Shown here: positions 9,818 to 19,698 of the stretch, in pieces
Position numbering within the stretch: position 1 is the first letter of the stretch
Layout: every line of letters starts with the position of its first letter
DNA from: Acetofilamentum sp.
GTDB taxonomy: Bacteria; Hydrothermota; 32-111
Direction of reading: 5' to 3'
NCBI GenBank assembly: GCA_020721805.1
Contig: DYMB01000001.1
Location: 43,261-107,260, forward strand
DNA length: 64,000 nucleotides
Program-made: the position numbers and the translations under genes
Notes under the pieces: model-generated
What the model was told of the DNA's origin: nothing
Databases searched by the model: none
Seen by the model: the letters and a program-made list of their open reading frames with translations, nothing else

Positions 9818-10396
9818 ATGATAGAGATAAATTTACTTCCCGAAGAAGAAAGAAAGCGAAAAAAGTTGGAATCTGGTATTCCAAAGTTCGGAATAAAGAT
9901 ACCAGCCAATCTGAGTTTTTTTCTAACTCTTGGAATCGGAATTCTAATTTTTATTATAATTTTTATTATTCATTTTTCCCAGATAGGACAGATAGGACAA
10001 CTGAAAAAGAAAATTGCTGAAAAACAGAATGAACTGAAAAAACTGCAGGAAGAGGTTGCAAAAGTTGAAAAAATGAAAGAAAAAGAATCCGAAATCAATT
10101 TAAAAATCGAGACTATAAAAAATTTAGTTAATGATAAATTTTCCTTTGCCCAACTTCTTGATAAAATAAACCAGTTGTTACCAGAATATGTCTGGCTCGA
10201 AGAGTTAACAGTAAAGGAGAAAAAACTTATAATTAAGGGAAAGACTTTTTCAAATCTTATGATAACAGATTTTTTGACAAGTTTAAAAAAAGAGAATGAC
10301 CTGTTTGATAATTTTGTTTTAAAAGATATAGTGAATAAACCTGAAGGGGGATATGATGTTATATCTTTTGAAATAAATTGTACTTTTAAAAAATAG
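9818..10396 (+). CDS. pilN: Type IV pilus assembly protein PilN
   Basis: INLLP motif, TM, coiled coil, LPEYVWL. Confidence 0.92.
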   Translation: MIEINLLPEEERKRKKLESGIPKFGIKIPANLSFFLTLGIGILIFIIIFIIHFSQIGQIGQLKKKIAEKQNELKKLQEEVAKVEKMKEKESEINLKIETIKNLVNDKFSFAQLLDKINQLLPEYVWLEELTVKEKKLIIKGKTFSNLMITDFLTSLKKENDLFDNFVLKDIVNKPEGGYDVISFEINCTFKK

Positions 10397-10405
10397 AGGT
10401 GTAAG

Positions 10406-10996
10406 ATGGATAGAAACAATTTAATAAAAAGAATTATAACGATACCAATCATCCTCGCCATCCTCTTTGTCTATTGGAAATTTGATTTTTCAAAAAATAC
10501 AAAACAGATCTCAAATTTAAAGCAGGAAAATGACAAATTGAATACACAGTTGAATGAAGCAAAAAAAGTGGCTGCAAGTTTAAGTGAATATTTGAAAAGG
10601 TTAAGAATCCTTGAAAATCAACTTAAAATTGCTAACAAGATGCTCCCGGATTCGCAGATGCTTGAAAGTGCTCTTGATACCCTTACTGTTTTTGCAAACA
10701 AAAATAATGTTAAGATAATGAATATAAAACCGTTAAATGTTAGTGTAACAAATACTTATTCGAGTATCAACCATGAAATTATTTTAAATTCAAACTATTC
10801 TTCTCTTGGGGTCTTTTTAACAGATATCGGAAATCAAAAAAGAATTATTAAAATCAGTAGTATCTCAATAAAGCCTTTAAAAGGTGAAATGGAAGATTTA
10901 CACACGATACAGACTCTTTTGACTTTGTCAACTTATTATAAAGGTCAGGGAGAAACAAAAAAAGAGGAAGGTAAAAATGTTAAAACTAAAAAATAA
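10406..10996 (+). CDS. pilO: Type IV pilus assembly protein PilO
   Basis: N-terminal TM, coiled coil, MLP and YSSLGVFL..IG...RII. Synteny with pilMN. Confidence 0.88.
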   Translation: MDRNNLIKRIITIPIILAILFVYWKFDFSKNTKQISNLKQENDKLNTQLNEAKKVAASLSEYLKRLRILENQLKIANKMLPDSQMLESALDTLTVFANKNNVKIMNIKPLNVSVTNTYSSINHEIILNSNYSSLGVFLTDIGNQKRIIKISSISIKPLKGEMEDLHTIQTLLTLSTYYKGQGETKKEEGKNVKTKK

Positions 10997-11546
10997 AATA
11001 GCACTATTTTTATTACCATTTCTTATTCTTTTTTCAACTATAACTTCCTGTTCAAGAGGTAATCCTGTAAATTCTGCTATAGAGAAATCTTCAAAAATGT
11101 TAACCAACAAAAATAGTAAACAAACTCCACCTACCGAAACCAAATTGTCAGATACTTCACAACAGTTTGAAAATCAGGTTCTGGATTCAATACCATACGA
11201 TACGACAGCGACCCTTCCATTTACAATGGAGACTTATGCTTTTAAAACTAAAAACTATAGGGATCCTTTTGTTTCAATTATGGATCAACAGAGGGATGGT
11301 AAAGCCCAGATAGATATAGAAAGTGCAATATACTATGGTATGATAAAAGGTAAAAATGGAAAACTTGCTTTATTAAAAGATGCTTCAGGTCTTGGTTTTA
11401 TCTTCTATGAAGGGCAGAAGATAAAAAATGGTATATTACTTAAAGTCGATCCTGATTCTGTTATTTTTAAACTTGATGAGTATGGTGTTGTAAGGAATAA
11501 AGTTATAAAGATTACAAAAATTTTGGAAACTAAGAAAAAAAAGTGA
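10977..11546 (+). CDS. pilP: PilP-like lipoprotein
   Basis: Lipobox ITSC and RDPF motif, located between pilO and pilQ. Confidence 0.8.
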   Translation: MLKLKNKIALFLLPFLILFSTITSCSRGNPVNSAIEKSSKMLTNKNSKQTPPTETKLSDTSQQFENQVLDSIPYDTTATLPFTMETYAFKTKNYRDPFVSIMDQQRDGKAQIDIESAIYYGMIKGKNGKLALLKDASGLGFIFYEGQKIKNGILLKVDPDSVIFKLDEYGVVRNKVIKITKILETKKKK

Positions 11547-11554
11547 GGTAATAA

Positions 11555-13156
11555 ATGGTTAGAAGAATTTTTGTTTTATTTTTTATCCTTTCTTTATCTC
11601 TCTATGCATACTCTTTGGGTCTTCTTAACGACATAAATGTTAACACTGCGAATGGAAGAACTGAAATAAGATTATCACTCGATAAAGTTGCAAATTTTAC
11701 AGATTTTTCAATAACATCCCCAAACATGATAGTCTTTGATCTGATAGGTATAGACAATGGGTTGAGTGGAGGATATTTTAAAGTTAACAATGGTTCAGGG
11801 ATAATTTCCTTTGAGATTATAAAAGATTATGAAACCAATTTTTTAAGAGTATTGATAGAGACAGATGATAGATACACCTATTCAAAGGAATATAATGGAA
11901 ACGATATAATCATTTACCTAAACAATAAAGTAAGAACGGATATTCCTGTATGGAAAGCAAGTTTACAGCAACCTGAAACCAAACAACAGGAAGAAGGGAT
12001 CACAAAAAAGAATGCAGATTTTTTAATTACCCTTGATGTCGAAAATGCTGATGTTGTAACTCTTTTAAGAGGTATAGCAGACTATGTTGGTGTAAACCTT
12101 GTCGTTTCAAATGCGGTTTCTGGAAGAGTTACCGTACATGTAAAGGAAGTACCATGGAAAGATGTTTTTGATATGGTTACCAAATTAACCGGTTTAACCT
12201 ACCAGGACTATCCAAACATGATAAGGGTTGGAACCTATAAGGAATTTTCATCAGAACAGACAGCCATACAGGATGCTTTACCTTTGGTAACCAAAGTTTA
12301 TCAACTTGAGTATGCAACACCAAAAATTTTACAGAACGCTTTAAAACCCATACTCTCAAAAAGAGGTGTTATAACCATTGATGATAGGACAAATTCTATA
12401 ATAGTAAAGGATATTCAGGAAGTTCATGATAAGGTGGTTGATGTTATAGAGGATCTTGATAAGAAGAATCTTCAGGTTGAAATCGTTGTTAAAGTTGTTG
12501 AGGTACAGCTAAACAACTCCAAGGAATTGGGAGTATCATGGAACCTGAGCAATGTTGGAATAAATGAGGTTGTGGTTGGTGGTGGTATCGGTGGAGTTGC
12601 TCCTTCAAGTGTAACCGCAGGAACAGTTAATATTGGTACAACAAGAGATTTCGGACAATTGAGTGCGAAACTCGATGCACTTGAGGTTGTTGGAAAATCG
12701 AAAACTGTTTCAAATCCAAGAATAACGACAACGAATAATACCGTTGCAAATATTCTTGGAGGTAAAGAATTCTTTTTAACCACCATTAATACTGATGGGA
12801 CCGTAAACTATACAAAATATACTGTTGGAACAATATTGAATGTTATCCCACATGTTAATTCCGCCGAGGATATAACACTTGAGATTGAAGCTGAACTCTC
12901 CACAGTTACAGCTGATGCTGGTGGGCAGCCTATAATTAACAAAACACAGGCTAAAACCGTTCAAATGGTTTTAGACGGAGAAACTGTAGTTATGGGTGGA
13001 TTCATATTAACCGAAGATCAAAGATCTGAAAGTGGAATACCGATTTTAAGAGCGATACCGATAATAGGGCATCTTTTCAAGAGGGATATTTCAAGTAAGA
13101 ACAATAAAGAGGTTCTTATTTTTATAACACCCCATATAATCAGGGATATTAAGTAA
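11555..13156 (+). CDS. pilQ: Type IV pilus secretin PilQ
   Basis: Signal peptide, AMIN-like N domain, DDRTNSIIV, ELGVSW, GETVVMGG, GIPILRAIPIIGHLFK, IFITPHII. Confidence 0.93.
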   Translation: MVRRIFVLFFILSLSLYAYSLGLLNDINVNTANGRTEIRLSLDKVANFTDFSITSPNMIVFDLIGIDNGLSGGYFKVNNGSGIISFEIIKDYETNFLRVLIETDDRYTYSKEYNGNDIIIYLNNKVRTDIPVWKASLQQPETKQQEEGITKKNADFLITLDVENADVVTLLRGIADYVGVNLVVSNAVSGRVTVHVKEVPWKDVFDMVTKLTGLTYQDYPNMIRVGTYKEFSSEQTAIQDALPLVTKVYQLEYATPKILQNALKPILSKRGVITIDDRTNSIIVKDIQEVHDKVVDVIEDLDKKNLQVEIVVKVVEVQLNNSKELGVSWNLSNVGINEVVVGGGIGGVAPSSVTAGTVNIGTTRDFGQLSAKLDALEVVGKSKTVSNPRITTTNNTVANILGGKEFFLTTINTDGTVNYTKYTVGTILNVIPHVNSAEDITLEIEAELSTVTADAGGQPIINKTQAKTVQMVLDGETVVMGGFILTEDQRSESGIPILRAIPIIGHLFKRDISSKNNKEVLIFITPHIIRDIK

Positions 13157-13185
13157 AAAAGGGAAGTATTTAACTTCCCTTTTTT
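13155..13185 (+). terminator. Rho-independent terminator after pilQ (symmetrical)
   Basis: AAAAAA-GGGAAGT-ATTTA-ACTTCCC-TTTTTT. Confidence 0.8.
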
Positions 13186-13192
13186 ATATAAT

Positions 13193-13834
13193 ATGGATAA
13201 AAGACTTATTCATGTTTTATTTTTTTTTCTTATTTTCTATCTTATAGGTTCTTTCCCATCCGGTTATGTTTTTTTTAAATTGAAGACCAATAAAGATATA
13301 AGAACTTTTGGTAAAAGAAGAAATATAGGTGCCACAAATGTTTTTATCGAGGGTGGACCTTATATTGGAATTTTTACTTTGATCGCTGATATCCTGAAAG
13401 GTGCTATTCCAGTAGTATTTGTAAAATTTTATTATAAGGATAATATATTATCTTCGGAGATGGTAATAATTCTATCAGCACTTTTTGCTGTTCTTGGTCA
13501 TATTTTTCCTATTTTTTTAAATTTTAAAGGTGGTAAAGGACTGGCAACAACTCTTGGAGCATTGCTTGCGATCTTCCCTGAAATTTTGATCTCCTATCTT
13601 TTCATTTTTTTGATTCTTATACCCATCTTTAAAAGGCCTGCTCTTATAGGAATGATTCTCTTTGTCATCTTTCCTTTTATTCTATATTTTCAAAATTATT
13701 CTCAAATATATGTTGGAACAAGTTCTTTTTTTTCAGTCGTTTATCTTTTTATTTCTTTAAATCACATAAAAAGTTTAATAAAGGGGGAAGAATATTGGGA
13801 AGTCTTGAAAAAACTTGAAAATGTTAAGAAATAA
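13193..13834 (+). CDS. plsY: Glycerol-3-phosphate acyltransferase PlsY
   Basis: YLIGSFP, NIGATNV, DILKG, GHIFPIFLNFKGGKGLAT. Confidence 0.92.
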   Translation: MDKRLIHVLFFFLIFYLIGSFPSGYVFFKLKTNKDIRTFGKRRNIGATNVFIEGGPYIGIFTLIADILKGAIPVVFVKFYYKDNILSSEMVIILSALFAVLGHIFPIFLNFKGGKGLATTLGALLAIFPEILISYLFIFLILIPIFKRPALIGMILFVIFPFILYFQNYSQIYVGTSSFFSVVYLFISLNHIKSLIKGEEYWEVLKKLENVKK

Positions 13835-14168
13835 CTTTTTCCACAATTTCAACAAACGAATCGATGAGGAAAGGTTTCTGAATAAAAAATATTTTTTTGT
13901 TGTCTACTAGTAAAGAGATCTTTTCGGAATTTAAGGATAGTGCCGAGATTATGATTATTTTTTTGTTTTTAAAGGTTTTTATGATCTCATCGGCTGTAGA
14001 GTTATTTATTAAGTAATCGGTTATTATTAAATCAAAGGTATCTATATCTGATCTTTGAAAAAGATCATTTAAATTTTTCTCAGATGAAACTTCAAACTTT
14101 TCTGAAAGTATATCTTGTAAAAGTTCAATTATATCATTATCATCTTCAACCAATAAAATTTTTTTCAT
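13824..14168 (-). CDS. Single-domain response regulator (CheY-like receiver)
   Basis: ILLVEDD, LIITD, IISA, QKPF all intact. Start placed at MKKILL (14168). Confidence 0.85.
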   Translation of the reverse strand: MKKILLVEDDNDIIELLQDILSEKFEVSSEKNLNDLFQRSDIDTFDLIITDYLINNSTADEIIKTFKNKKIIIISALSLNSEKISLLVDNKKIFFIQKPFLIDSFVEIVEKVIS

Positions 14169-14179
14169 TTTACAATATG

Positions 14180-14207
14180 ATAATAACATAATATTTTTAT
14201 ATGTCAA
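14180..14207 (-). promoter_or_regulatory. Putative promoter of the receiver gene (near-leaderless)
   Basis: On - strand, TTGACA, 16 bp spacer ending TGn, then TATTAT. The -10 ends 11 nt before ATG 14168. Confidence 0.5.
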
Positions 14208-14342
14208 ATTTAAATATGATAATTTTGTTAGCATTTTTCTTATCTTTTGTTATATATATTCTTTTAAACCTAACCTTTTAATATTTTGAAGTATTTAATA
14301 ATATAATAATTTTTTTATTAATGTTATGGGGTTTTATTATTA

Positions 14343-14371
14343 TTGACAGTTTTGATTATATTATCTATAAT
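14343..14371 (+). promoter_or_regulatory. Consensus sigma70 promoter of the TPR-efp-pilT-mglA-che operon
   Basis: TTGACA-17 bp-TATAAT, then GGAGG RBS and TTG start at 14396. Confidence 0.8.
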
Positions 14372-14395
14372 ATAAATTTAGAATATGGAGGTTGT

Positions 14396-15742
14396 TTGAA
14401 CTCTTTTAATATTTATGAGGATGAAATAAAATCTTTACTTGAAGAGATTTCCAAGAATCCCAGATCGAAATCTTTTGTTAAACTTGCCAATATATATTTA
14501 AAATTGAATATGTTGGATGAATCGATAGCTATTTTGAAAGAGGGGTTAAGGTATAATCCCGATAATATATCCGCGCTGATAATTTTAGGAAAGGCATTGA
14601 AAGAGAAAAAATATCTTTCTCAGGCAGCTAAAAATTTTGAAAAAGTTTTAACTCTTGATCCACAGAATATTATAGCAACAGGAGAACTCGCGAATATAAG
14701 AAAAAGAGAGGGAAATCTACAGGAATCTTTAAAACTCTATGATACACTCATTTTTCTTGATCCTTTGAATGAAAATGCGAAAAGAGAGTTAAACTACATT
14801 AAAAATAAACTTGATGAGGAAAAAAGGATAAGAGAGGAAGAGGAAAGAAGAAAAAAAATGAAAGAGGAAGAGAAAATTAAAAAAGAAACAGAAAAAACTC
14901 CTCAAGAGGAAAAGAAGATAGTGGATGATTTTATAATTCAACATTTATCAACCGTTATCAGTTTTGATGAACAGGTGCAAGAGAAAACAGACAAAAAGGT
15001 AATGGATGAAAAAGAAATAAAAGAAGAAGAAATAATTGAAGAATCCAAGGAAGATAAAAATGAAGAGGCGATGCAAGAAAAAACAGAAAAGATAATAGAT
15101 GAGCAGCAATACATAAAAAAAGATGTTGATCCTTTCATTAAAAAAGAAGAAAACGAGAATAAAGAAAACAAAGATTTTATACCATACGAACTTGATGGGA
15201 AAAAAAGATATCAGTATTTTTCAGAAGAAATTGCAAACATTTATGTGGAACAAAAAAAATTTGAAAAGGCTATTCAAATCTATCAGGTTCTTTTAAGACA
15301 GGATCCCGAGAATGAAAAATATGCGCAAAAATTAAGATATTTAAATGATCTTATAATAAAAGTGGAGGTTGATGAAACTATCTTTGAAGAAAAGAAAGAA
15401 ACAAACACTAAAGATAGATCCGAATTTGTTGAAAGGTTAAACAGATCTCTTACGGCTGATGAAATAACCCCTCAGGAAAAAAAGGAAATTGAAGAAAAAT
15501 TTGAAAAAATTGAAGAAAATAGACAGGAAGAGGAAAAAGAGCATAAAGAAGAATTTGAAAAAGAGAATGTAAAAAATGTAATACCTGAAACTAAAAGAAA
15601 CATTGAGAATATAGAAAAAAAGAATGAAGAAAAAATTGAACAAAAAAAAGAAGAGAGAATAGAAAAAGAGGAATCGAAAGATGATAAAATAAAGTATGAT
15701 TTTCAAAAATGGTTAAAAATGATCAATAAAACAAAAAAATAA
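14396..15742 (+). CDS. TPR protein with long Glu/Lys-rich low-complexity regions
   Basis: N-terminal TPRs, internal TPR SEEIANIYVEQKKFEKAIQIY and C-terminal FQKWLK helix. TTG start after GGAGG. Confidence 0.8.
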   Translation: MNSFNIYEDEIKSLLEEISKNPRSKSFVKLANIYLKLNMLDESIAILKEGLRYNPDNISALIILGKALKEKKYLSQAAKNFEKVLTLDPQNIIATGELANIRKREGNLQESLKLYDTLIFLDPLNENAKRELNYIKNKLDEEKRIREEEERRKKMKEEEKIKKETEKTPQEEKKIVDDFIIQHLSTVISFDEQVQEKTDKKVMDEKEIKEEEIIEESKEDKNEEAMQEKTEKIIDEQQYIKKDVDPFIKKEENENKENKDFIPYELDGKKRYQYFSEEIANIYVEQKKFEKAIQIYQVLLRQDPENEKYAQKLRYLNDLIIKVEVDETIFEEKKETNTKDRSEFVERLNRSLTADEITPQEKKEIEEKFEKIEENRQEEEKEHKEEFEKENVKNVIPETKRNIENIEKKNEEKIEQKKEERIEKEESKDDKIKYDFQKWLKMINKTKK

Positions 15743-15752
15743 TGGAGGTTTA

Positions 15753-16310
15753 ATGACAACTACAGCTGATATAAGAAAAGGATTCACTTTTGAGTATGAA
15801 GGGAAAGTTTATATGGTGATAGATTTTCAACATGTAAAACCAGGAAAGGGTGGCGCTTTTGTAAGAACAAAATTAAGAAATCTTGAGAATGGAAATGTAA
15901 TCGATTTAACTTTTGATTCTGGCAAAGTTTTAAACGAAGTAAAACTTGAAAGGGAAAACTTTCAATACCTTTATAAGGATGGTGATGATTATGTTTTTAT
16001 GAATAATGAAACTTTTGAACAGATCAGCTTAAACGAGGAAATACTGATGGATAAAAGATTTTATTTAAAAGAGAATATGGATGTTACTCTTCTTTCAGTG
16101 AATGGTCAGGTTATAGATATAGAGGTTCCAATATTCGTTGAACTTGAAATCGTTGAAACTGAGCCTGGAGTGAGAGGGAATACTGTATCAGGTGGAAGTA
16201 AACCTGCAGTTTGTGATACAGGCTTGAAGGTTGTTGTTCCACTTTTTCTTAATGTTGGAGATAAGATAAAAATCGATACAAGAACCGGAATATATGTAGA
16301 AAGAGTTTAA
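15753..16310 (+). CDS. efp: Elongation factor P
   Basis: HVKPGKGGAFVR, PGVRGNT, VPLFLN.GD.IKIDTRTG.Y.ER. Confidence 0.97.
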   Translation: MTTTADIRKGFTFEYEGKVYMVIDFQHVKPGKGGAFVRTKLRNLENGNVIDLTFDSGKVLNEVKLERENFQYLYKDGDDYVFMNNETFEQISLNEEILMDKRFYLKENMDVTLLSVNGQVIDIEVPIFVELEIVETEPGVRGNTVSGGSKPAVCDTGLKVVVPLFLNVGDKIKIDTRTGIYVERV

Positions 16311-16322
16311 AGAGGAGAGAAT

Positions 16323-17426
16323 ATGGAATTAAAAACACTTTTGGAAAAAATGGTAAAGGATGGTGCATCCGATCTACATCTAAAAGCCGGCACTCCTCCC
16401 ATACTTAGAATAGATGGAAAATTACAGATTTTGAAAGAGGAACCTTTAAGTCCAGATGAGTTAAAAAATATTGCTTTAAAAATAATGACCAAGAGTCAAC
16501 AGGATGAATTTTTAGCAAAAAAGGAACTCGATTTTGCTATAGGTGTTGCTGGATTATCAAGGTTCAGGGTAAATGTGTATTTACAGAGAGGGAGTGTGGC
16601 AATAGCGATGAGGACAATTCCCATCTCGGCAAAATCTATGGATGAATTGAATTTGCCTATAGTATTGAAAGAGATAGCTGAAAAACCAAGAGGATTGATT
16701 TTAACGACCGGAACCACCGGATCCGGAAAATCGACTACACTCGCAGCCATGATAGAGTATATAAACGAAAATTATTCTAAAAATATTATTACCATAGAGG
16801 ATCCGATAGAATATCTTTTTCGAGATAAAAAATCCGTGGTCTCTCAAAGAGAGGTTGGAAACGATACGAATTCGTATGAAAATGCTTTAAAATATGTGTT
16901 AAGACAGGATCCCGATATAATCTTGATGGGTGAAATAAGAGATATCAATACTATGGATGTTGCGATAAAAGCTGCGGATACCGGGCATCTTGTTTTTTCA
17001 ACATTACATACTTTGAACGCATCTGAAACAATTAACAGAATTCTTTCTTTCTATCCACCCCATCAACAACAACATATAAGGGTTCTTCTTGCAACCACAC
17101 TTGTTGCCGTTATATCCTTAAGATTGTTGCCAAGGATAGATGGAAAGGGAAGGGTACCTGCTACCGAAGTGATGATAAACACTCCAACTATAAAAGAATA
17201 CCTTCTCGACCCGATAAAAACTTTATTAATACCAACAGCCATAGAAGAGGGGGAACTATATCAAATGCATACTTTCGATCAGTCTATAATGAAGCTGTAT
17301 AAATCTGGAATAATTTCCTATGAGGAAGCGATACAATCAGTAACCAATGCAGATGAATTCAAGTTAAAACTCAGGGGAATCGAATCTTCTGAGTCAGATT
17401 TTTTAAATGCTATAAAAAACGATTGA
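16323..17426 (+). CDS. pilT: PilT/PilU family pilus retraction ATPase
   Basis: ASDLHL, GTTGSGKSTT, TIEDPIE, LRQDPD..LMGEIRD, TGHLVFSTLHT. The AIRNLIRE motif is diverged (TIKEYLLD), so it may be a PilU-like paralog. Confidence 0.88.
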   Translation: MELKTLLEKMVKDGASDLHLKAGTPPILRIDGKLQILKEEPLSPDELKNIALKIMTKSQQDEFLAKKELDFAIGVAGLSRFRVNVYLQRGSVAIAMRTIPISAKSMDELNLPIVLKEIAEKPRGLILTTGTTGSGKSTTLAAMIEYINENYSKNIITIEDPIEYLFRDKKSVVSQREVGNDTNSYENALKYVLRQDPDIILMGEIRDINTMDVAIKAADTGHLVFSTLHTLNASETINRILSFYPPHQQQHIRVLLATTLVAVISLRLLPRIDGKGRVPATEVMINTPTIKEYLLDPIKTLLIPTAIEEGELYQMHTFDQSIMKLYKSGIISYEEAIQSVTNADEFKLKLRGIESSESDFLNAIKND

Positions 17427-17433
17427 GGTTGTT

Positions 17434-18039
17434 ATGTCACTTGTCAATTATGCAAAAAAAGAAATAATCTGTAAAATAGTTTACTATGGTCCAGGTAGAT
17501 CAGGAAAAACCACAAATCTTCAATACATCTATAGTAAAATTCCACCAGAGAAAAGAGGAGAGATGACTTCACTCGCAACTGAAATGGACAGAACATTATT
17601 TTTTGATTTTCTTCCATTAGATGTGGGAAGGGTTGGTAATTTCAACGCAAAATTTCAACTTTATACCGTTCCCGGACAGGTTTACTATGATTCAACAAGA
17701 AAACTTGTATTACAGGGAGCCGATGGCGTTGTTTTCGTAATAGATTCACAAGCGGATAGGATGGAAGATAACATTGAATCCTTCGAAAATTTTATAATTA
17801 ATTTAAAAGAAAATAATCTATCCATAGAAAACATACCTCTTATCATACAATATAACAAAAGGGATCTTCCAACTTCACTGGATACCGAAACGATAAAAAC
17901 TACATTACAATTAAAAAATGAATGGAAAAGTTTTGAATCTGTTGCTACCAGAGGAATTGGTGTTCTTGAAACTTTGAAAGAATCAATGTTTTCAGTTATT
18001 AAAAATCTTACCAGCAAATTTGAAAAGAATAAGAGATGA
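17434..18039 (+). CDS. mglA: MglA family small Ras-like GTPase
   Basis: KIVYYGPGRSGKTTNL, RTLFFDFLP, YTVPGQ, QYNKRD. Confidence 0.93.
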   Translation: MSLVNYAKKEIICKIVYYGPGRSGKTTNLQYIYSKIPPEKRGEMTSLATEMDRTLFFDFLPLDVGRVGNFNAKFQLYTVPGQVYYDSTRKLVLQGADGVVFVIDSQADRMEDNIESFENFIINLKENNLSIENIPLIIQYNKRDLPTSLDTETIKTTLQLKNEWKSFESVATRGIGVLETLKESMFSVIKNLTSKFEKNKR

Positions 18040-19694
18040 GTCAGAACGATATTATCGAGTTTCAACAAAATTTTACGGCATATAGGTTGAAATCTGTAAA
18101 AGATATCATAGTTGAAAATCCATTTTTAAAATCGCAGTTCTCATACGCTTTGAGTACAGCCACTTTGACAAATAAATATATAATGATATATTCAAATAAT
18201 GGAGTTGCCAACGATTATGTGGATAAACTCGTATTGGAACTCTCTAAAAAATATAAAGAACTTTATTTTTTTATTGTCGATTTAAGAGAGTTGGTTGAAA
18301 CAAACAAAATAGAATCACTTGAAAAGTTCAAAAATATTCTTCCCTATGCGAATATCCTTTTTATCAAAAATTTTGAAACCGTTGAAAAAAACTCACAACT
18401 TTTAATTTTGATCCAGAATATTTTTAATAACTTGAAAAACAATTCATTCGTTTTGATAACCTCATCGAAAAAAATCGATCAGATTCAAAAAGCGGATAGT
18501 CTGAGGAGATTTTTAGAGAATTTAAAGATCTATGATATACTTGTAGAAAGAAAAGAAAAAAACAATTTCATAAACTTTTTTGATTTTGTAAATCAGGTAA
18601 AAAAGGAAGCGGGGATAGAGGAAAAACTGGATGAGGAGGAAAAAAGATCCGAATACATTGAAAAATTATATGTATGGGAAATGAAGGGCTTCAATGTGGA
18701 TAATCTTAAAAAGATTATAAATTTAAAGGATTTGAATCAGATAAAAATAGAATTTGATAAATACACCTTTAATATTAAAAGATTGATGGAATTACATAAA
18801 GATTACGGTTTGTTGAATACCAAGAGATTCAAAGATGAAGCAAGGGAAATAGAGAAATTGCTCTTCGATCCATACGCGGTTGACGATTTGAACAAAAAGA
18901 TTGAAACTCTTAAGGAAAAAATAAACTATTTTACTTTTTTTGAAAGGGAAACTTCACTTTTATATAATTCTAATAATTTTGTAGTTGATGCAACGAATAG
19001 AAATGTTATGAATAAAATTGAAGAGATCATAAATGGTTCGAATATTGATAAAATCATTCTGATAACCGGTGGTCCCGGAACGGGTAAAACACATCTGTTA
19101 AATCTTATCTATAACCAGATGTTGGATAAAAAGATAGTATATCTGAATAAAAACAATTTTGAAAGTGGAAAAAAAAATTTGTATATGATGAAGTTTATAA
19201 ACGAGGCTGATATAATATTGATCGATGATCTTGATAGAATATATGAAAAGAAAGAGAATATACCTATAATCAAAAGTATTATCTTTAAGAACATTGTTAA
19301 AGTTATAACCCTTCAAAGAAAATTCAGTATAGATGATAAAGATCTATTGGATATTTTTAAAAAGTTTCTTTCATACAATATTCAACCGACATCTCTTTTT
19401 ATAAAAAAAAATGTATTCAAAAGTTTTTTGATAAAATATGGTATCAAGATGGATGACATACTTTTTAATTTTTTGCTCGATTACGATAACACATCTCTTT
19501 CTGAAAGTGAAAAGTATTTTATGGAACTTAAAAAGTATGAAAATAACATAACAAGGGAAATAATAAAATCTATTTTTCCTTCCGGTGTCAAAAAAAGACA
19601 GGATTTTATAAAAAAGGGTGAGTTTGATACTTCAAGATTGTTGAAAGAATGGTTGAACGATACCGATAGATTGTATGTAGAATTTGAGGGATAA
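18036..19694 (+). CDS. DnaA/Hda-like AAA+ protein with a degenerate N-terminal and an intact C-terminal ATPase module
   Basis: NNFVVDATNR, GGPGTGKTHLL, ADIILIDDLD. No DnaA domain IV recognised. Confidence 0.65.
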   Translation: MSQNDIIEFQQNFTAYRLKSVKDIIVENPFLKSQFSYALSTATLTNKYIMIYSNNGVANDYVDKLVLELSKKYKELYFFIVDLRELVETNKIESLEKFKNILPYANILFIKNFETVEKNSQLLILIQNIFNNLKNNSFVLITSSKKIDQIQKADSLRRFLENLKIYDILVERKEKNNFINFFDFVNQVKKEAGIEEKLDEEEKRSEYIEKLYVWEMKGFNVDNLKKIINLKDLNQIKIEFDKYTFNIKRLMELHKDYGLLNTKRFKDEAREIEKLLFDPYAVDDLNKKIETLKEKINYFTFFERETSLLYNSNNFVVDATNRNVMNKIEEIINGSNIDKIILITGGPGTGKTHLLNLIYNQMLDKKIVYLNKNNFESGKKNLYMMKFINEADIILIDDLDRIYEKKENIPIIKSIIFKNIVKVITLQRKFSIDDKDLLDIFKKFLSYNIQPTSLFIKKNVFKSFLIKYGIKMDDILFNFLLDYDNTSLSESEKYFMELKKYENNITREIIKSIFPSGVKKRQDFIKKGEFDTSRLLKEWLNDTDRLYVEFEG

Positions 19695-19698
19695 AAAT

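Noticed and set aside
14181..14209. dif-like sequence (TAACATAA...ATATGTCAAAT)
   Set aside because: Arm spacing is off by one from the 11-6-11 layout, and it is better explained as the receiver gene promoter.
14321..14395. ORF-track N-terminal extensions (14321, 14234, 38295, 51997, 53060, 62491)
   Set aside because: Downstream starts fit RBS, promoter, signal-peptide or domain boundaries better.
18218..18703. Two perfect DnaA boxes (TGTGGATAA at 18218 and 18695) inside the DnaA-like gene, and another at 44139 in glyA
   Set aside because: They coincide with Val-Asp-Lys/Asn codons and are isolated. Chance occurrence in AT-rich coding DNA is sufficient.
18036..19694. Calling this gene dnaA or hda
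   Set aside because: It lacks DnaA domains I and IV and the dnaN context, and the architecture differs.
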